Source of the DNA: Flaccisagitta enflata
Lineage: Eukaryota
NCBI GenBank assembly: GCA_965153355.1
Contig: OZ231126.1
Span: forward strand, 44,082,001-44,146,000
DNA length: 64,000 nucleotides
Direction of reading: 5' to 3'
In this document: positions 14,960 through 64,000 of the stretch, one piece after another
How the letters are laid out: each line of letters opens with the position of its first letter
Position numbering within the stretch: position 1 is the stretch's first letter
The notes under the pieces: generated by a model
Seen by the model: only the letters and a program-made list of their open reading frames with translations
What the model was told of the DNA's origin: nothing
Database searches by the model: none
Made by a program: the position numbers and the translations under genes

Positions 14960-15783
14960 ACACTCCAATTCCACCATTTTCTCCGTTTTCTCTCTCATTC
15001 TGGATCAACCCGCACCATCTCTCTCCTCTTCCTCCCGCCTCCTCCTTCTGCTCTTCCTACTCTACGATTCCACGAGGAAACCTTCTTCTTCTTCTTCGTT
15101 CTTCGATCTTCACTCGACGTCGATCTCCAGCTTCTTTTTTTTTATCCTTCTCCTTTTCTTTTCTTCTCCTCTTCGCGAAAGACGGTAGACAATTTTTTTC
15201 TCTCTCTGTCTAAATTTCCTCGTGTTCTTCTGTCTCTCTCGACCCTCCGCAAGGAAAATCACGCCGTTGCCGAAAAACACTCACACGTCGATTTTCGCGA
15301 GGAAAAAAAATTGAAGGAAAGAAGGGAGGGAACTTGAAAGAGAATAAGAAAAAAAATTTAAAAAAAAAAGGGAAAGAGGCTTTCGAAAAGGACTACTCTC
15401 GCTCGCTCTCTCATCTCATCTCTCTGTCTTTTCATCTCACTCTTTACTTCTTCAAATACATCTGGAGACAGAAATAAGAAAAAACAAAGAGGAAGACAAT
15501 TAAGAAGGAGAAAAAAAATTGGAAGGACTCTGATATGAATCAGTAGACCTCGTAAAGAATGAAAAAAAAATTAAGATAGAGAGAAAAACAAGCAGAAAGA
15601 GCAATGACAATCGATGTTTTTAAAAGTTGGATGAGTGGAGAGATCTGAAAAAAAAATGAACTGACATATTTTTTTTTTCTGTTTTTTTTTCGCTGCCTCA
15701 TTCTTCTGCTATATACAAAAGGAAGGAAAGAATCAAATTTCCTTCGTTTATCAAGTTTCGCAGTTTGATTGGGTGACCAGCAA

Positions 15784-15874
<91 letters not shown>

Positions 15875-16234
15875 TTTGTCTAAAACTCGGATTATCTACA
15901 ACACAAGGCTTCGACGCCCATTCATTCACGGGGCTTACATTGCAACGACGCTTCTTTCTTTCGCCTGCGTCTGTTTCTCCACGGAGCGCCGCTTGTCTTC
16001 AGATTTAAGCGCCTGTCATAATTTTTGGGCGCCGTTCGTGAATCGTGTTACTCCTCTCCTTAGTGGGCCTGCCAAATTATTTTCATGTCCACATTTCCGC
16101 CGCGTTTTTGACTGATAACCACCGAATAACTCAGGATGACTTTCATCTCACACGCCAATTCGATCACCTGTAATCGTTATCATCTTCATTGAATTCGTCA
16201 TCACTTATCGGTTGTCTAACACAACAACAACAAT

Positions 16235-16323
<89 letters not shown>

Positions 16324-17124
16324 CCACCTTTGTCGAATTGTCCTCACCACTTCATACACGCATAAACCGGTCGTGATTTTGCCCGTCATCTTCCCGTCTT
16401 TCGCTTTCCCATTATCATCATTCCATCTCTCATTTCTCTCTATAAAGCTCCCGCCGGATTTCTTTCGTTCTCGGACCTGGTCCTCCTCCTTTACTTCTCT
16501 GCTTCGTTTTTATTCCCCTGTCATATCTGGATTTTTTTTTTCTTCTGCATATACTCTTTTGAGTATTTCTCTTCATTTCGCGCGGCGTTTCTCCCCTCGC
16601 CGTTCTCATACTTTCCCTCCTTCTCAACCATCCTTCACCGGTCACCACCTTCTCTACCACCGTCGCCGCCAGCTCCTTCTCATCCTCCACCATCCTCATC
16701 ACCACGCCACCACCTCCTTTCAGCGGCATTTGACCATCCACCTCCACCGCCTCCGACTCCCCCCCCCTTACGGCGCGCCAGACACTCGATATTAACTGAT
16801 GATAGAGCGGAGATTTTTTTGAATGCAATTTTTAATATCCTCCTCCATCTCTCCCTTTCTCTCTCTTTTTTCTATCTTTCTCTCTGTCCTCGCCTTTCTC
16901 TTCTCGTCTCTGCTGAGTGGTAATGACTTTACTCCTCCTCTTCTGCGCCCGCTTGTGATTCCATCGCCGCATCCTCTCATTTGTTTTGTCGTGCATCTCT
17001 TCATTAAACTGATTAGTCGCATTTATTCAAACGAGAGCCCTACGCTTTCTCTCTTTCACTCTTCGTCTCTATCTCTCTCTCTCTCTCTCTCTTCGCTTTC
17101 CACTCATTTCCATCTTTGACCGTC

Positions 17125-17231
<107 letters not shown>

Positions 17232-17308
17232 GACGCGTCGTCCTCAGTGATCGGTTGACTCTCTCTCCCTCTCCGGTCTCCCTGGGTATCGCGCGCGACA
17301 ATCAGAGT

Positions 17309-17397
<89 letters not shown>

Positions 17398-17822
17398 TAT
17401 AAATCTATACGCGCCCAGCCCCCCCTCAATACACGGCGAAAAAACTACAGAAGGAGAGGAAAGAGGGAAGAATTCAAACGAGGAAGAAGAGACGGTAACG
17501 AATACGTCGCAAAGTTGATTTGCATTAATGTGAAAAAAAAGAGTCATCCACGCAAACTATCTACCGTAGCGCAAAAAAAAAAAGAAAGCAAATATTTGTG
17601 AAGGAGCGACAAAACGTCACTTGACAACACCTCAAGTTTCTTGAAAGGCTCTGGAGTTCGTTACAAAAGCGAGAAGCGGAGTTCCAAAGAGTCGAGTTTG
17701 GATCAGGGAAGAGAATTATTGGCGCATCTCGGACCTCTCTCTCGTTCCTGGACTCCGATTGTCATATTGTCCCCCCGCGGCGCGGTCTTCTGTCTCTCCT
17801 TTCCTTACTCTCTCTCTTCCCC

Positions 17823-17825
<3 letters not shown>

Positions 17826-17854
<29 letters not shown>

Positions 17855-17912
17855 CTTCTTCTTCTTCTTCTTCTTCTTCTTCTTCTTCTTCTTCTTCTTC
17901 TTCTTCTTCTTC
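17826..17912. repeat. (TTC)n microsatellite
   Basis: Direct reading. Confidence 0.95.
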
Positions 17913-17984
17913 TTTGCAATTACAAGGCCGCGTTACAAATCCTCTGCGCTCTTTTTCTAAATACAACGACGCCGTTTTCCGCCA

Positions 17985-18092
<108 letters not shown>

Positions 18093-19662
18093 TTCGCTGT
18101 GTTCGCGCCGGCATCTCTCTCTCTCTCGCGCTCATCACGCGCGAGCATAAAAACAGTAATTAAGAACTCAGGTCGTCATTTCAACAAAGTAAAAACTAAA
18201 TCATAGAAAGCCTACGGCGGCGCTCTTTTATCATTTTACATAAACACAGAAATCCAAAACGTGATATAAAAATCAATTATCGCTTCCTGCTCTCTCTCTG
18301 AGATGTAACCAAGTTGGCGATTCAGTGTTTTGGCCACCATTTGACCACAAAAAAAAAGCCAACTGGCGTGCGTAATGGAATCAGAACTCGGAATCGTTGG
18401 AACAATTCATCGGCGCCGCATTCATAGTATTTCCAATCTTTCTTCGCCTTGCCTCTTCCCATCCGCCCCTTCTTCACATCCATCCTCACCGAAGCTCCTT
18501 CTTACATTCTACTCCTCCTCCTCCTCCTCCTCCTCCTCCGCCTTCTGCTCCTCCTCCTCCTGCTTCCCCTCCCATCGACCCTTCATTTCGCGTCGCAACC
18601 TCGTCAACAATCGTCGCGTCGACGTCGAACTTCGACGCCGCAGTTGAGAGGCTTTTCTCGACATTTGAAGGTCAAATCAAGAGATGTTCCACTCGCTTTC
18701 TAGTTTCATTTGTCGACTGTCTATTAGCGTAATTATCATCACACCATCGTATCGCTCTCATACGCCTGATAAAAAAAAACACTCATGTTTTACTAACACT
18801 TCGTCCTTTTTGATAAAAAAAAATGTAAACAAAACAAAAACATTTTTTACCCATCCCTACCTGTGCCAAATTTTTCTTCTTATCCATTATTGCTTATTTA
18901 CATGAAAACAAAAACCCATACAAAACAAAGTTGAAATTTATACCCTGACAAAACGAAACAAACCGTGAGACTATAGATATATACATCGTCATGTAAACAG
19001 TTGGTACATATATTTCCGTTTAAAACTATTCATACATTCAAAGGCGGGAAAAAATCGTTTCATTCTTGCCAATCAATTCATGGTTTACATAAACTCAATC
19101 GCTCGAGATAAATGTCTAAATGTAACCAAAAAAAAATCCCGCGAACTATCTAAATCAACGTCATCAACCTTGAGTATCACCTTTCAGACATCATCCATCT
19201 AATGAGGGAGAAGAAATATACAGAAAAAAATAAAAGAAATAAAAAAAAATCAGGAAAAGACTCTCTCCCCAGTTTCTTGCTCCCTGACATTGCTCGTGTT
19301 TCCTTCTTTGTCCCTCCCTCCCAAGCTGCTCGAGGCGTTTTTTCGATCCGCGGAAAGTTTTTTCCGTTCGCTTTGAAAAAAAAATCGTCGAATTTTTCCT
19401 TCAAATTGGGAGAAATAAAAACAAAAATCGCCGATTTAAACGAAAGAAAATCAATCAGTTTCTTCAATACTCAGCGCTTTTTCATCTAGCACCACGGATC
19501 ACGATCTAGAAAAAAGAAGGTGAAAAGAGAAATCAAGAAGAGCCACTCCTTGATTTTCGCGCGCATCTTCCTTCCCACCCTCCCTTCTTGAGAGAAAAAG
19601 AAATATACAACATTAACCCCCTTCCTCTTTTTCTTTGCGAGGGAGATTCAAGGAAAGAAAAG

Positions 19663-19947
<285 letters not shown>

Positions 19948-22900
19948 TTCACATAGACTTATTTTTTTCTCTCGTGTTGAAAGGGACAACTTTTTTTCTT
20001 CTCGTCGATGATTTTTTTCTCCTCCTGGTCTTTTTTTTCCCCACATCGAACCGTGCCAAATTCTTCTCCTTGTTCTCGCCCTCAACGCGTGTCTTTGCCC
20101 ACCCCAACCCTCCATTCTCGACTTTCACTTTTTTTTACATCATGAAATTCATCTAACTGCTTGCCTTACGTCGACAAAGAGTGCTACGTAATTAGTAATA
20201 TAGTCCCCGTTAAAACTAGAGGAAAAATCAATTTCTGGCCATCAGAGGGACAAATCTACAATGCGCCATAGCGACAAAAAAAAAGACCAACTTTCGATGT
20301 TGACGAAAACGTTACTGTTAATTCCCATGATTCCTCTTTTCTTTTACCATAGTTTTCCCTTTCTTGTTTGACGGACAGAGACGAGTAAAACCCGGGAAAC
20401 TAGATCGCGTAACAATGGCCGAATGATGAAGTAGTACCTAAAAACAAAAAAAACCCTTTGAAAACACTAACAACTACTAGGGAACAAAAAAAGAATCCGA
20501 AGTAACAATAAAATCATAGACTTGTGGAATTGGAAACAGAAGAAGCAAACTCTAATATAGAAAAAAAAACAATTATCATTTCAGTCTCCTGTTTCCTTCT
20601 TTGAAAAAAAAAAACAACAAATCTGTTTCACTGTGATTCGTTATTTACTAAAGCCCTATCGAATTGCCAAAATTGTACAATTTTTTAACGCACTTTTTGT
20701 TTCGACGGACTTTTTTCACCAAACGTTCGCGTTCACCAAACTTTGTTTTCATCCTCTTTCATCCATGATCAGCGGTCGTTTCACCCAAAAAGAAATATTG
20801 AAAAAAAAATTCAAAACATTTTTTTTTTTGCTCCGCGTGTAAAACACATAATTAAAAAATAAATACTTTTTTTTAAAAACTCATCTGTCTATAAGTGATA
20901 TCAATTTTCCCCTTTTTTTCGCTGCTTTTCGCCATTTTTTCGAAGAAATCTTGCCTAAAGCTACGCTCCCTCTTCCAGGTCTGCTCAGACCCAATTCTCT
21001 TTTTGTTAATTCATCTCGTCTTTATTTCGCTTTCTTCAACTTTCATCTCCGTTTTCTTTGTGCCAAATAAAAAGTAACAAGCAAATAAAAACAAACAAAG
21101 ACGCTGCAGAAAATTGTTGACATTTGTTTTGTTTTCACATTTTGTTACAACGCGTTTTACATTATCTGCCGCGCGGCCCTGTCCTTAAAGTGATCTTCAT
21201 TCTTGTAATCCATTACTTAAACAAACTATCATAATAGCAAGGGAAAACGGAAACAAACAAGCAAAAAAGAAATGAATGAAATGATAAAGACAAAAAGACA
21301 TTAATTCATCCCTAGAACACGAGAAAAACAAACACATGAAACACCTTCATAGAGAGTCCACCGATTGTGTCGAAAGTGATGCTACTTTAGACCGCAATAT
21401 CTGTCAACCGGTGATCAAATTTATGCATGCAGAAAATCACAAGTAGAACAAAAAGAAAGACTGAATTATATAGTCCCATGAAGCACGTGGGTCTCCCGTA
21501 AAAAAAAAACATTCCCAAGCATACAAATACGATTTCGAATGCATCATCAGTCGACGAGGGAGCCTCCAAATTGAAATTCAACCGACGAAAAAAAAGAAAG
21601 ATATATTTTGTATCGCTCCCGCCCATCATCTCTTTTTCTCCGCTTGACCCTTCGCTTTTTTATAGTTATCATCTTGTGCATCGTGTCATGTGTTACGTCC
21701 CGTTATCTGTGTCGCCGTCATCAGCATCATCATCAACATTAACGTCATTATCATCTCAGTCGAAGGTGAATCGAAACAAGTCCAATAATAAGAACATGTA
21801 ACAACTAAAAAAAAAATCACTAGGAATTCATCATCATCGGAACCAATTTCATCAATAAAAACCAAACTGTGATGACACACACGTACGCTTCCCACAGTAT
21901 CAGCCCGCACAGTGACTTTCTCTTGCTCGTGTTTTAAAATTACTCCATTCCGATTTCCCCCAATCTTCTCCGTCATTATTTTTCCTACGCGTCAATTTTT
22001 TACCCGTTTACATATTCTTGCTCCGTGGCGCTCCCTTCCGGCGCCATTTGAAACTTTTTTTCTCCATGCTGGCATTGCTGGAGGAAAAGAAACAACAACA
22101 GTGACAATTTATGCTCTCTCTGTCTCTCCCTTGTCCCGTGATCTTCATTCTTTCATCCACTTAATCTTTGAACTCAATTGAACTCGCTTCCATGAATGAC
22201 ATTTTTCTGACAAGGGGAGAAACGTATTATACTAACTCTTCCCTCGCTTTTTTGTGATCTTCGAATAAAAAGTCATCATTCCACTTGTTACGCATTTGTC
22301 GCTCGCAATAAGAATAAACAAAACAACTTTGAAATACAAACAAACAAATTGAAAAGAAATTGTGGTTTCCTCCGCATGCATGAATGCGAACACACACATG
22401 AATGAAATGAGCATAGACGTCAATGAGTAATGGTATGACCATTTCATTAAAAACTTCAAAAAGCTTTTATTTCAAAAACACACGTGAAGGACATTTGAAT
22501 TGAATCCTAGTGCATTTTGCATTTATAAAAAAAAAAGCAACCACAGTTATCGACTTTTTCTCGGATGACCATCGTGCTTTTCAAACCAAACCACATCGCG
22601 TCGCCACATTATCGAGTAAACCATTAAAAAGGAATGGAACAAAAGCTAAGGTAAAAAATAAAAAAAGAAAAGAAAGAAAGAAAGAAAGAAAGAAAGACAT
22701 TAGAAACCAGACTTAGACACAGTGCGAAACGGAAAACTTATCCGTCGTCACGAGAGGAGAAAAACAAACAATTATTTTTCGAGAGAAAAAAAATTCCACA
22801 TTTTATGTCGTCAAAAATATAAAAAAAAAGAGAAAAAATTTTTCTTCTATCTTTTGTTGTTTGTCAAGTATAAAAGTATATGAATGCGCGTGTGTGACGA

Positions 22901-24206
22901 CGGAATCCACTTCTTTCGGCTGCTTTCCTCGCATTTTCGTCGGCTCGGCCTTTCGGCTGCGCTTCCATTCAATCGACCCACCGCGAAAAAAAAGGAAGCC
23001 TTCAATTTTAGGCCTCAAATAATTTTTTGACGGGTTTTGGGATAAAGAATAATAATTCTTTAGAAATTAAAACCGACTTTTGTCATCACCATCATCATCC
23101 ATCTCTCTCTCTCTCTCTCTTTCGAGCTCTCGGGTGGGTAAGGTTTTTGATTTCACTCTCAACTGCGGAACCTGGAAACTTGGCGAATTAAATAAAAGAG
23201 GCACACGCACACTCTGCGTGCGTGCAGTTTCGACGTGTCCGATGCTACGTGTTTCAAGGCCGGACACTCGGCGATTCGCGGGAGTGACAGACGTTATCAA
23301 AGTCGAGCCTCTTTAATTTCGGCGTTTGAAAAGTAGAGAACGACGAAAGAAAGGGCCTTTTGTGGTGGCCGAGGCGGCGATCGCGGGCACCCTAAACGGC
23401 ACGCCCGCCTTAAACTCAATACTCGCGTCACTTTTTTTTGCTGTCCGCCTCCAATATGCCGAATTTCCCTTTTATTAATTCCGAGACCTCAAAAAAATAG
23501 AAGAAATTCCGGCTTTTAAATGCCTCTTCTTCTCTTCCAATCGTTAAAAAGAGCGAAAAAGAGTTAAAGAAAGAATGAGAAAACGACACTAAGTAAAAGA
23601 AAAACATTATCATCTCTTTTCTCTCTCTCCATAACTCAGCCTGTCTCTCTCTCTCTCTCTCATTCTCTCATATTTTCCTCCATCTCACTCCCTATCTCAC
23701 TCCTCTGCCTCGTCAACCTATGAACGTGCCAAATTTACTTTTTTGAAACTTTTCATTGATATTTTTTTTCCTTTCACTCACTCTGCTGCTTCTTGTCCGC
23801 GTTTCCGTGTCGTTTACATCCAATTTCAATTTATTCCCCGCTAAAATAAGAAGAGGAAGAAAATGAAGAACCTTTCATTTTTAAGAAGAAAGAAAAAAAT
23901 CGTCGTCTCTTCTTCATTTGTCGATTCTTGATGTAGAAAAAGAGAAAGACTTTTTTTTTATGCTTGCGGCCCACAAACGAAATCATTTTCGAGGAAAGAA
24001 AGAACGAAATTCGCCTCAAAAATCGAAGGGGAGGTCTTTATTTTACTCTCCCCCCTCTCATCACTCTCATTAAAGACATTATCTCTCTCTTTCTCTTTGT
24101 GAATTTCTTTTGTCTAACTTTTCTTTTCGTGGCGACCTGAGAGATTTCCTCATTGCATAGGACTTACCGCGTCACACCATTTCCATGTGCTTCTACCAAT
24201 AAAAAT

Positions 24207-24303
<97 letters not shown>

Positions 24304-24305
24304 CT
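24207..24305. repeat. (AAC)n microsatellite about 190 nt upstream of the ATG (another at 16222-16325)
   Basis: Direct reading. Confidence 0.95.
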
Positions 24306-24496
24306 CGTAACAAGATGAAAAATGCAAACTTAAGCATCATGATTCTTGATCATCATTTTCGCCGGAAATCGATTCGTCGAAGTAAAAAATGATCCATAAG
24401 TCAGCGGAAATCATTTTTTCATTCATATTCACTTCATAACAAAAAAGCAAAAGAAAATTCTAAATTAATTAAAATTCTATTTTTTGGGAAAAAAAA

Positions 24497-60780
<36,284 letters not shown>

Positions 60781-60881
60781 GTAAGTTAATCGAAACCAGG
60801 CGGGCGGGCGAGTGGCCGGAAGCGGACCCACGGTTTTGTTTGTGCCATCGAGGCGACGTCCGTTCAGCCTTAACTGTCTCT

Positions 60882-60993
<112 letters not shown>

Positions 60994-61017
60994 ACAAGTA
61001 GTCCATACCGGCACAGA

Positions 61018-61127
<110 letters not shown>

Positions 61128-61484
61128 CTCACAAGCTGTCTCTAGGTCTGTGTCAATGATAGGAACCCATACATGCACACGCACAGGACTGTTTCTCTGA
61201 AATGTTGGTCTTTGGCCTTCGATAATTTTGTAGCAGTATAAAACTGAATACTTTGAGAAACGTAAACATTTTGTTTGTTATTTTGTTATTTTCCGTTCCA
61301 TTTGTTTTGGATAAGGACCGAAGTCTTATCTATCTATCAATCTATCTGTATATCAATCTATCTATCTATCAATCTATCTATCTACCTATCTATTTATCTG
61401 TCAGTATCTATCTACATGTTCTGGCTGTTTATTTCATTTCCTCCCGCTTTTGCATTTGTCACGTTAGTAAAAACCAATGAACTA

Positions 61485-62239
61485 CCCTGCTTTCAAAAGC
61501 GAGTGATACCAGTAAAACCTTTATTGTGCCTTAAGTATCCATACTGAAAAATTTAGATTGAGCCTGTCTTAAAGTACATGACCTACCATTTATTCATGCA
61601 ACATTTCAAAGCTCCGAGTCCAGCGGTTAGGTTATTTCATCATTTTGAAATTTGAGGAAATTTGAGGAAATTTTGCTCCATAATGCATTTTTGTGGACAA
61701 GCTCTTGTTTTTCTGTAAAAATTGAGCTAAACTGACAAGAAGTGTAACATTTAAAAGGTAATTGTCTCTAGTTTTGCATCATTTTTGATTTATTACCGTT
61801 TCTTTAAAAGAATTCTGCCTTTAATGACAAATGATGTGAAGAAAACCCTGTTCAAACCTCAAAAAATGGAGAAAAACTCGGGTTTCCCCCCAAAAAAACT
61901 CATTTGGTCATTTTGTTTCCGAGATACATTAACTAAGAATATTAGTAATACTTATCATTCTATACCAATCTGGCCATTTTTGCAGGATTCATATAGAAAT
62001 GACATTGATTTAACATAAAGGGGTAAATCTATTGATTACTTGAGAAGCATCTTAAGAGGATTACCACATTTTCACTTAAAATTATGTGAAGGCTAAACTA
62101 ATGAACTCAGTCTCATGAAATTTCACATGAAAGAATGGTAACTCATGTGCTTTCAGACGCAACCAACCAGGATTTCTCAAAATGAATAGTTATGGCACTG
62201 TAAAGGTTTTGCTGGTATCACTTGCTTTTAAAAATAGGG
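61485..62239. mobile_element. TA-flanked MITE of about 755 bp with long imperfect TIRs
   Basis: TA-CCCTGCTTTCAAAAGCGAGTGATACCAGTAAAACCTTTA ... TAAAGGTTTTGCTGGTATCACTTGCTTTTAAAAATAGGG-TA; arms pair over more than 100 bp. Confidence 0.78.
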
Positions 62240-62260
62240 TATGATCGTTAGGCCTATGCA

Positions 62261-62350
<90 letters not shown>

Positions 62351-62439
62351 AGTGTGTGTGTGTGAGCAGGGTGTCACAAAGTGCCCGAGCACGCGAGCGG
62401 CGCTCGTAGGAAGCTAGCTAGGCTGGTAGGAAGCAAAGG

Positions 62440-63145
62440 GGGAAGGAAAGAAAGAAAAAAAGTGGAAGAAGGAAAGAAAGAAAGGAAGGAAAAGGAAGGA
62501 AAGGAAGAAGGAAAGAAAGAAGGAAGGAAAGAAGGAAGGAAGGAAAGAAGGAAGGAAGTAAGGAAGGAAAGAAGGAAGGAAGGAAGGTAGGAAGAAGAAA
62601 GGCAGATAAAGTTTTTTCCTCTTGTTTGTAAATGAAGGAAGGAGAGAAGGAAGGAAGGAAGGAATAAAGGAAGGAAAGAAGGGAGGAGAGAAGGAAGGAA
62701 GAAAGGAAGAGGAAAGGCAGAAAAAGTTTTTTCTTTTGTTTGTAAAGGAAGGAATGGAAGGAGGGAAAGCAGGAAGGAAGGAAGGAAGGAAGAAATCAGC
62801 AGAAAAAGTTTATTCTCTCTGTTTGTAAAGAAACGAACGAAGGAAAGAAGGAAAGAAAGAAGGAAGGGAGGAAGGAAAAAAGGAAGGAAAAAGAAAAACA
62901 AAAAAAGTTTTTTCCTCTTGTTTACATAGAAAGGAAAGAAGGAAGAAAGAAAGGAAGGAAGGAAGGAAGGAAGAAAGGAAGGTAGGAGGAAGAGTGGCAG
63001 AAAAAGTTTTTCTCCTCTTGTTTATAGAGAAAGGAGGGAAAAAACAAAGGAAGGAAGGAAAAAAAGAAGGAAGGAATTAAGGAAGAAGGATGGAAGGAAG
63101 GAGGAAAAAAGGCAAAATGTATTTTTTCCTTCTGTATGTAAAGCC
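62440..63145. repeat. Compound minisatellite: six GGCAGAAAAAGTTTTTTCCTCTTGTTTGTAAA-like units of about 32 bp in (GGAA)n spacers
   Basis: Units start near 62601, 62716, 62799, 62898, 62996 and 63111. Confidence 0.8.
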
Positions 63146-63606
63146 TTCTTAAATACGCTTGTTTGTTTAGATGAAATCCTAGTTCAAAAGAAAATCAAGC
63201 CTTAAAAATCCCAGCCTCAAGGCTCAAAGCCCCCGCCTTAAGGCTCAAATCCTAACCTCGAGCGATGTCACTATCTAATATTTATCAAAAGCGCCTGGGG
63301 CGCTAATTAGAAAAAATATGGTACATCATGTAACACAATATGTTCAACATGCAGTAATCATACGCATTTCCAGTAGGAAGAACACGTGGAGAAATTTTGC
63401 TCGTAGAAAGCAAAAAATTATGTGACGCCCTGTGTGTGAGTGTGTGAGTGTGTACTAGCGTTTGTGTGCGTAATTTGCAGTTGAAGTGTTTCTGAGGGGA
63501 GGGGGAGATGACTCATAAGTCATCACTGTGTGATTTGAAATTCATTTTAGATTGCTAAGCTTGACCAGTGCGTAGTGATAGCAAGACGTTCCTATTGTTC
63601 AAACGA

Positions 63607-64000
63607 TTTTTAGTCGCGTGCTACGCGACTCTACACCCCGCTTTGTCCGTCGGTCGGTCGGTCACACTTTACTTTTTTTTATTCGTTTTATTCCTACTAG
63701 TTTATTTTAAGTCAAATAGGTCATTTAAAGTCAAATTAGATCATTTTAGGTCAGTTTAAGTCAATTTAAGTCATTTGAGTTATTTTAATAGTTTTCATCA
63801 TTTTAGTGATTTTAGGACTGTTTAAGTCAATTTAGGTCAGCTGAATAAAATTTCAGTAAATCTAGGTCAATTTAAGTCATTTTAAGTCATTTTATGTCAA
63901 TTTAAGTCATTTAAAGTCATTTTATACCAATTAAAATCAATTTAAGTTATTTTAGTCACTAAATCTTTTTAGTCATTTTAGGTCAAATTAGGGCATTTTA
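63607..64000 (+). mobile_element. 5' part of a family D element with an internal TAAGTCATTT array of about 10-bp period (runs off the window)
   Basis: TTTTTAGTCGCGTGCTACGCGACTCTAC, (GTCG)n, then the degenerate decamer array. Confidence 0.75.

Noticed and set aside
16373..16828. His/Pro-rich ORFs on both strands
   Set aside because: Low-complexity pyrimidine-rich sequence without convincing splice sites or a domain; more likely UTR or regulatory.
62440..63145. CRISPR-like repeat-spacer appearance
   Set aside because: Spacers are GGAA microsatellite, repeats are degenerate, the context is a eukaryotic intron, and there are no cas genes.

Overview
Animal (probably invertebrate) genomic DNA, very rich in microsatellites, so almost all ORF-track entries are repeat artefacts. 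The main feature is a + strand multi-exon gene reconstructed by hand. Fifteen GT-AG coding exons from ATG 24497 to 60780 join in one open frame of 3007 nt (about 1002 codons). The protein has an N-terminal BTB/POZ domain (ZBTB-like, no BACK domain) followed by a long low-complexity G/A/Q/H/S/P region. The last exon ends at a phase-1 donor, so the C-terminus (possibly a DNA-binding domain) lies beyond the window. Introns and upstream DNA carry more than 30 short non-autonomous elements with Helentron/DINE-1 (HINE)-like architecture. They have T-rich ends, subterminal inverted repeats, (GTCC/GTCG)n tracts, internal tandem arrays and 3' hairpins whose pairing is kept while sequence differs; some are full fold-backs and many are nested. 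There are also TA-flanked MITEs and one MITE with an 8-bp TSD. Notable points: a BTB domain split by four phase-0 introns, an element end that appears to supply exon 3's branch point, an intronic copy of exon 12's end diverged almost only at synonymous sites, and an element-free zone of about 10 kb upstream of the ATG. The gene model rests on splice signals and frame continuity only; no expression data or database searches were available.
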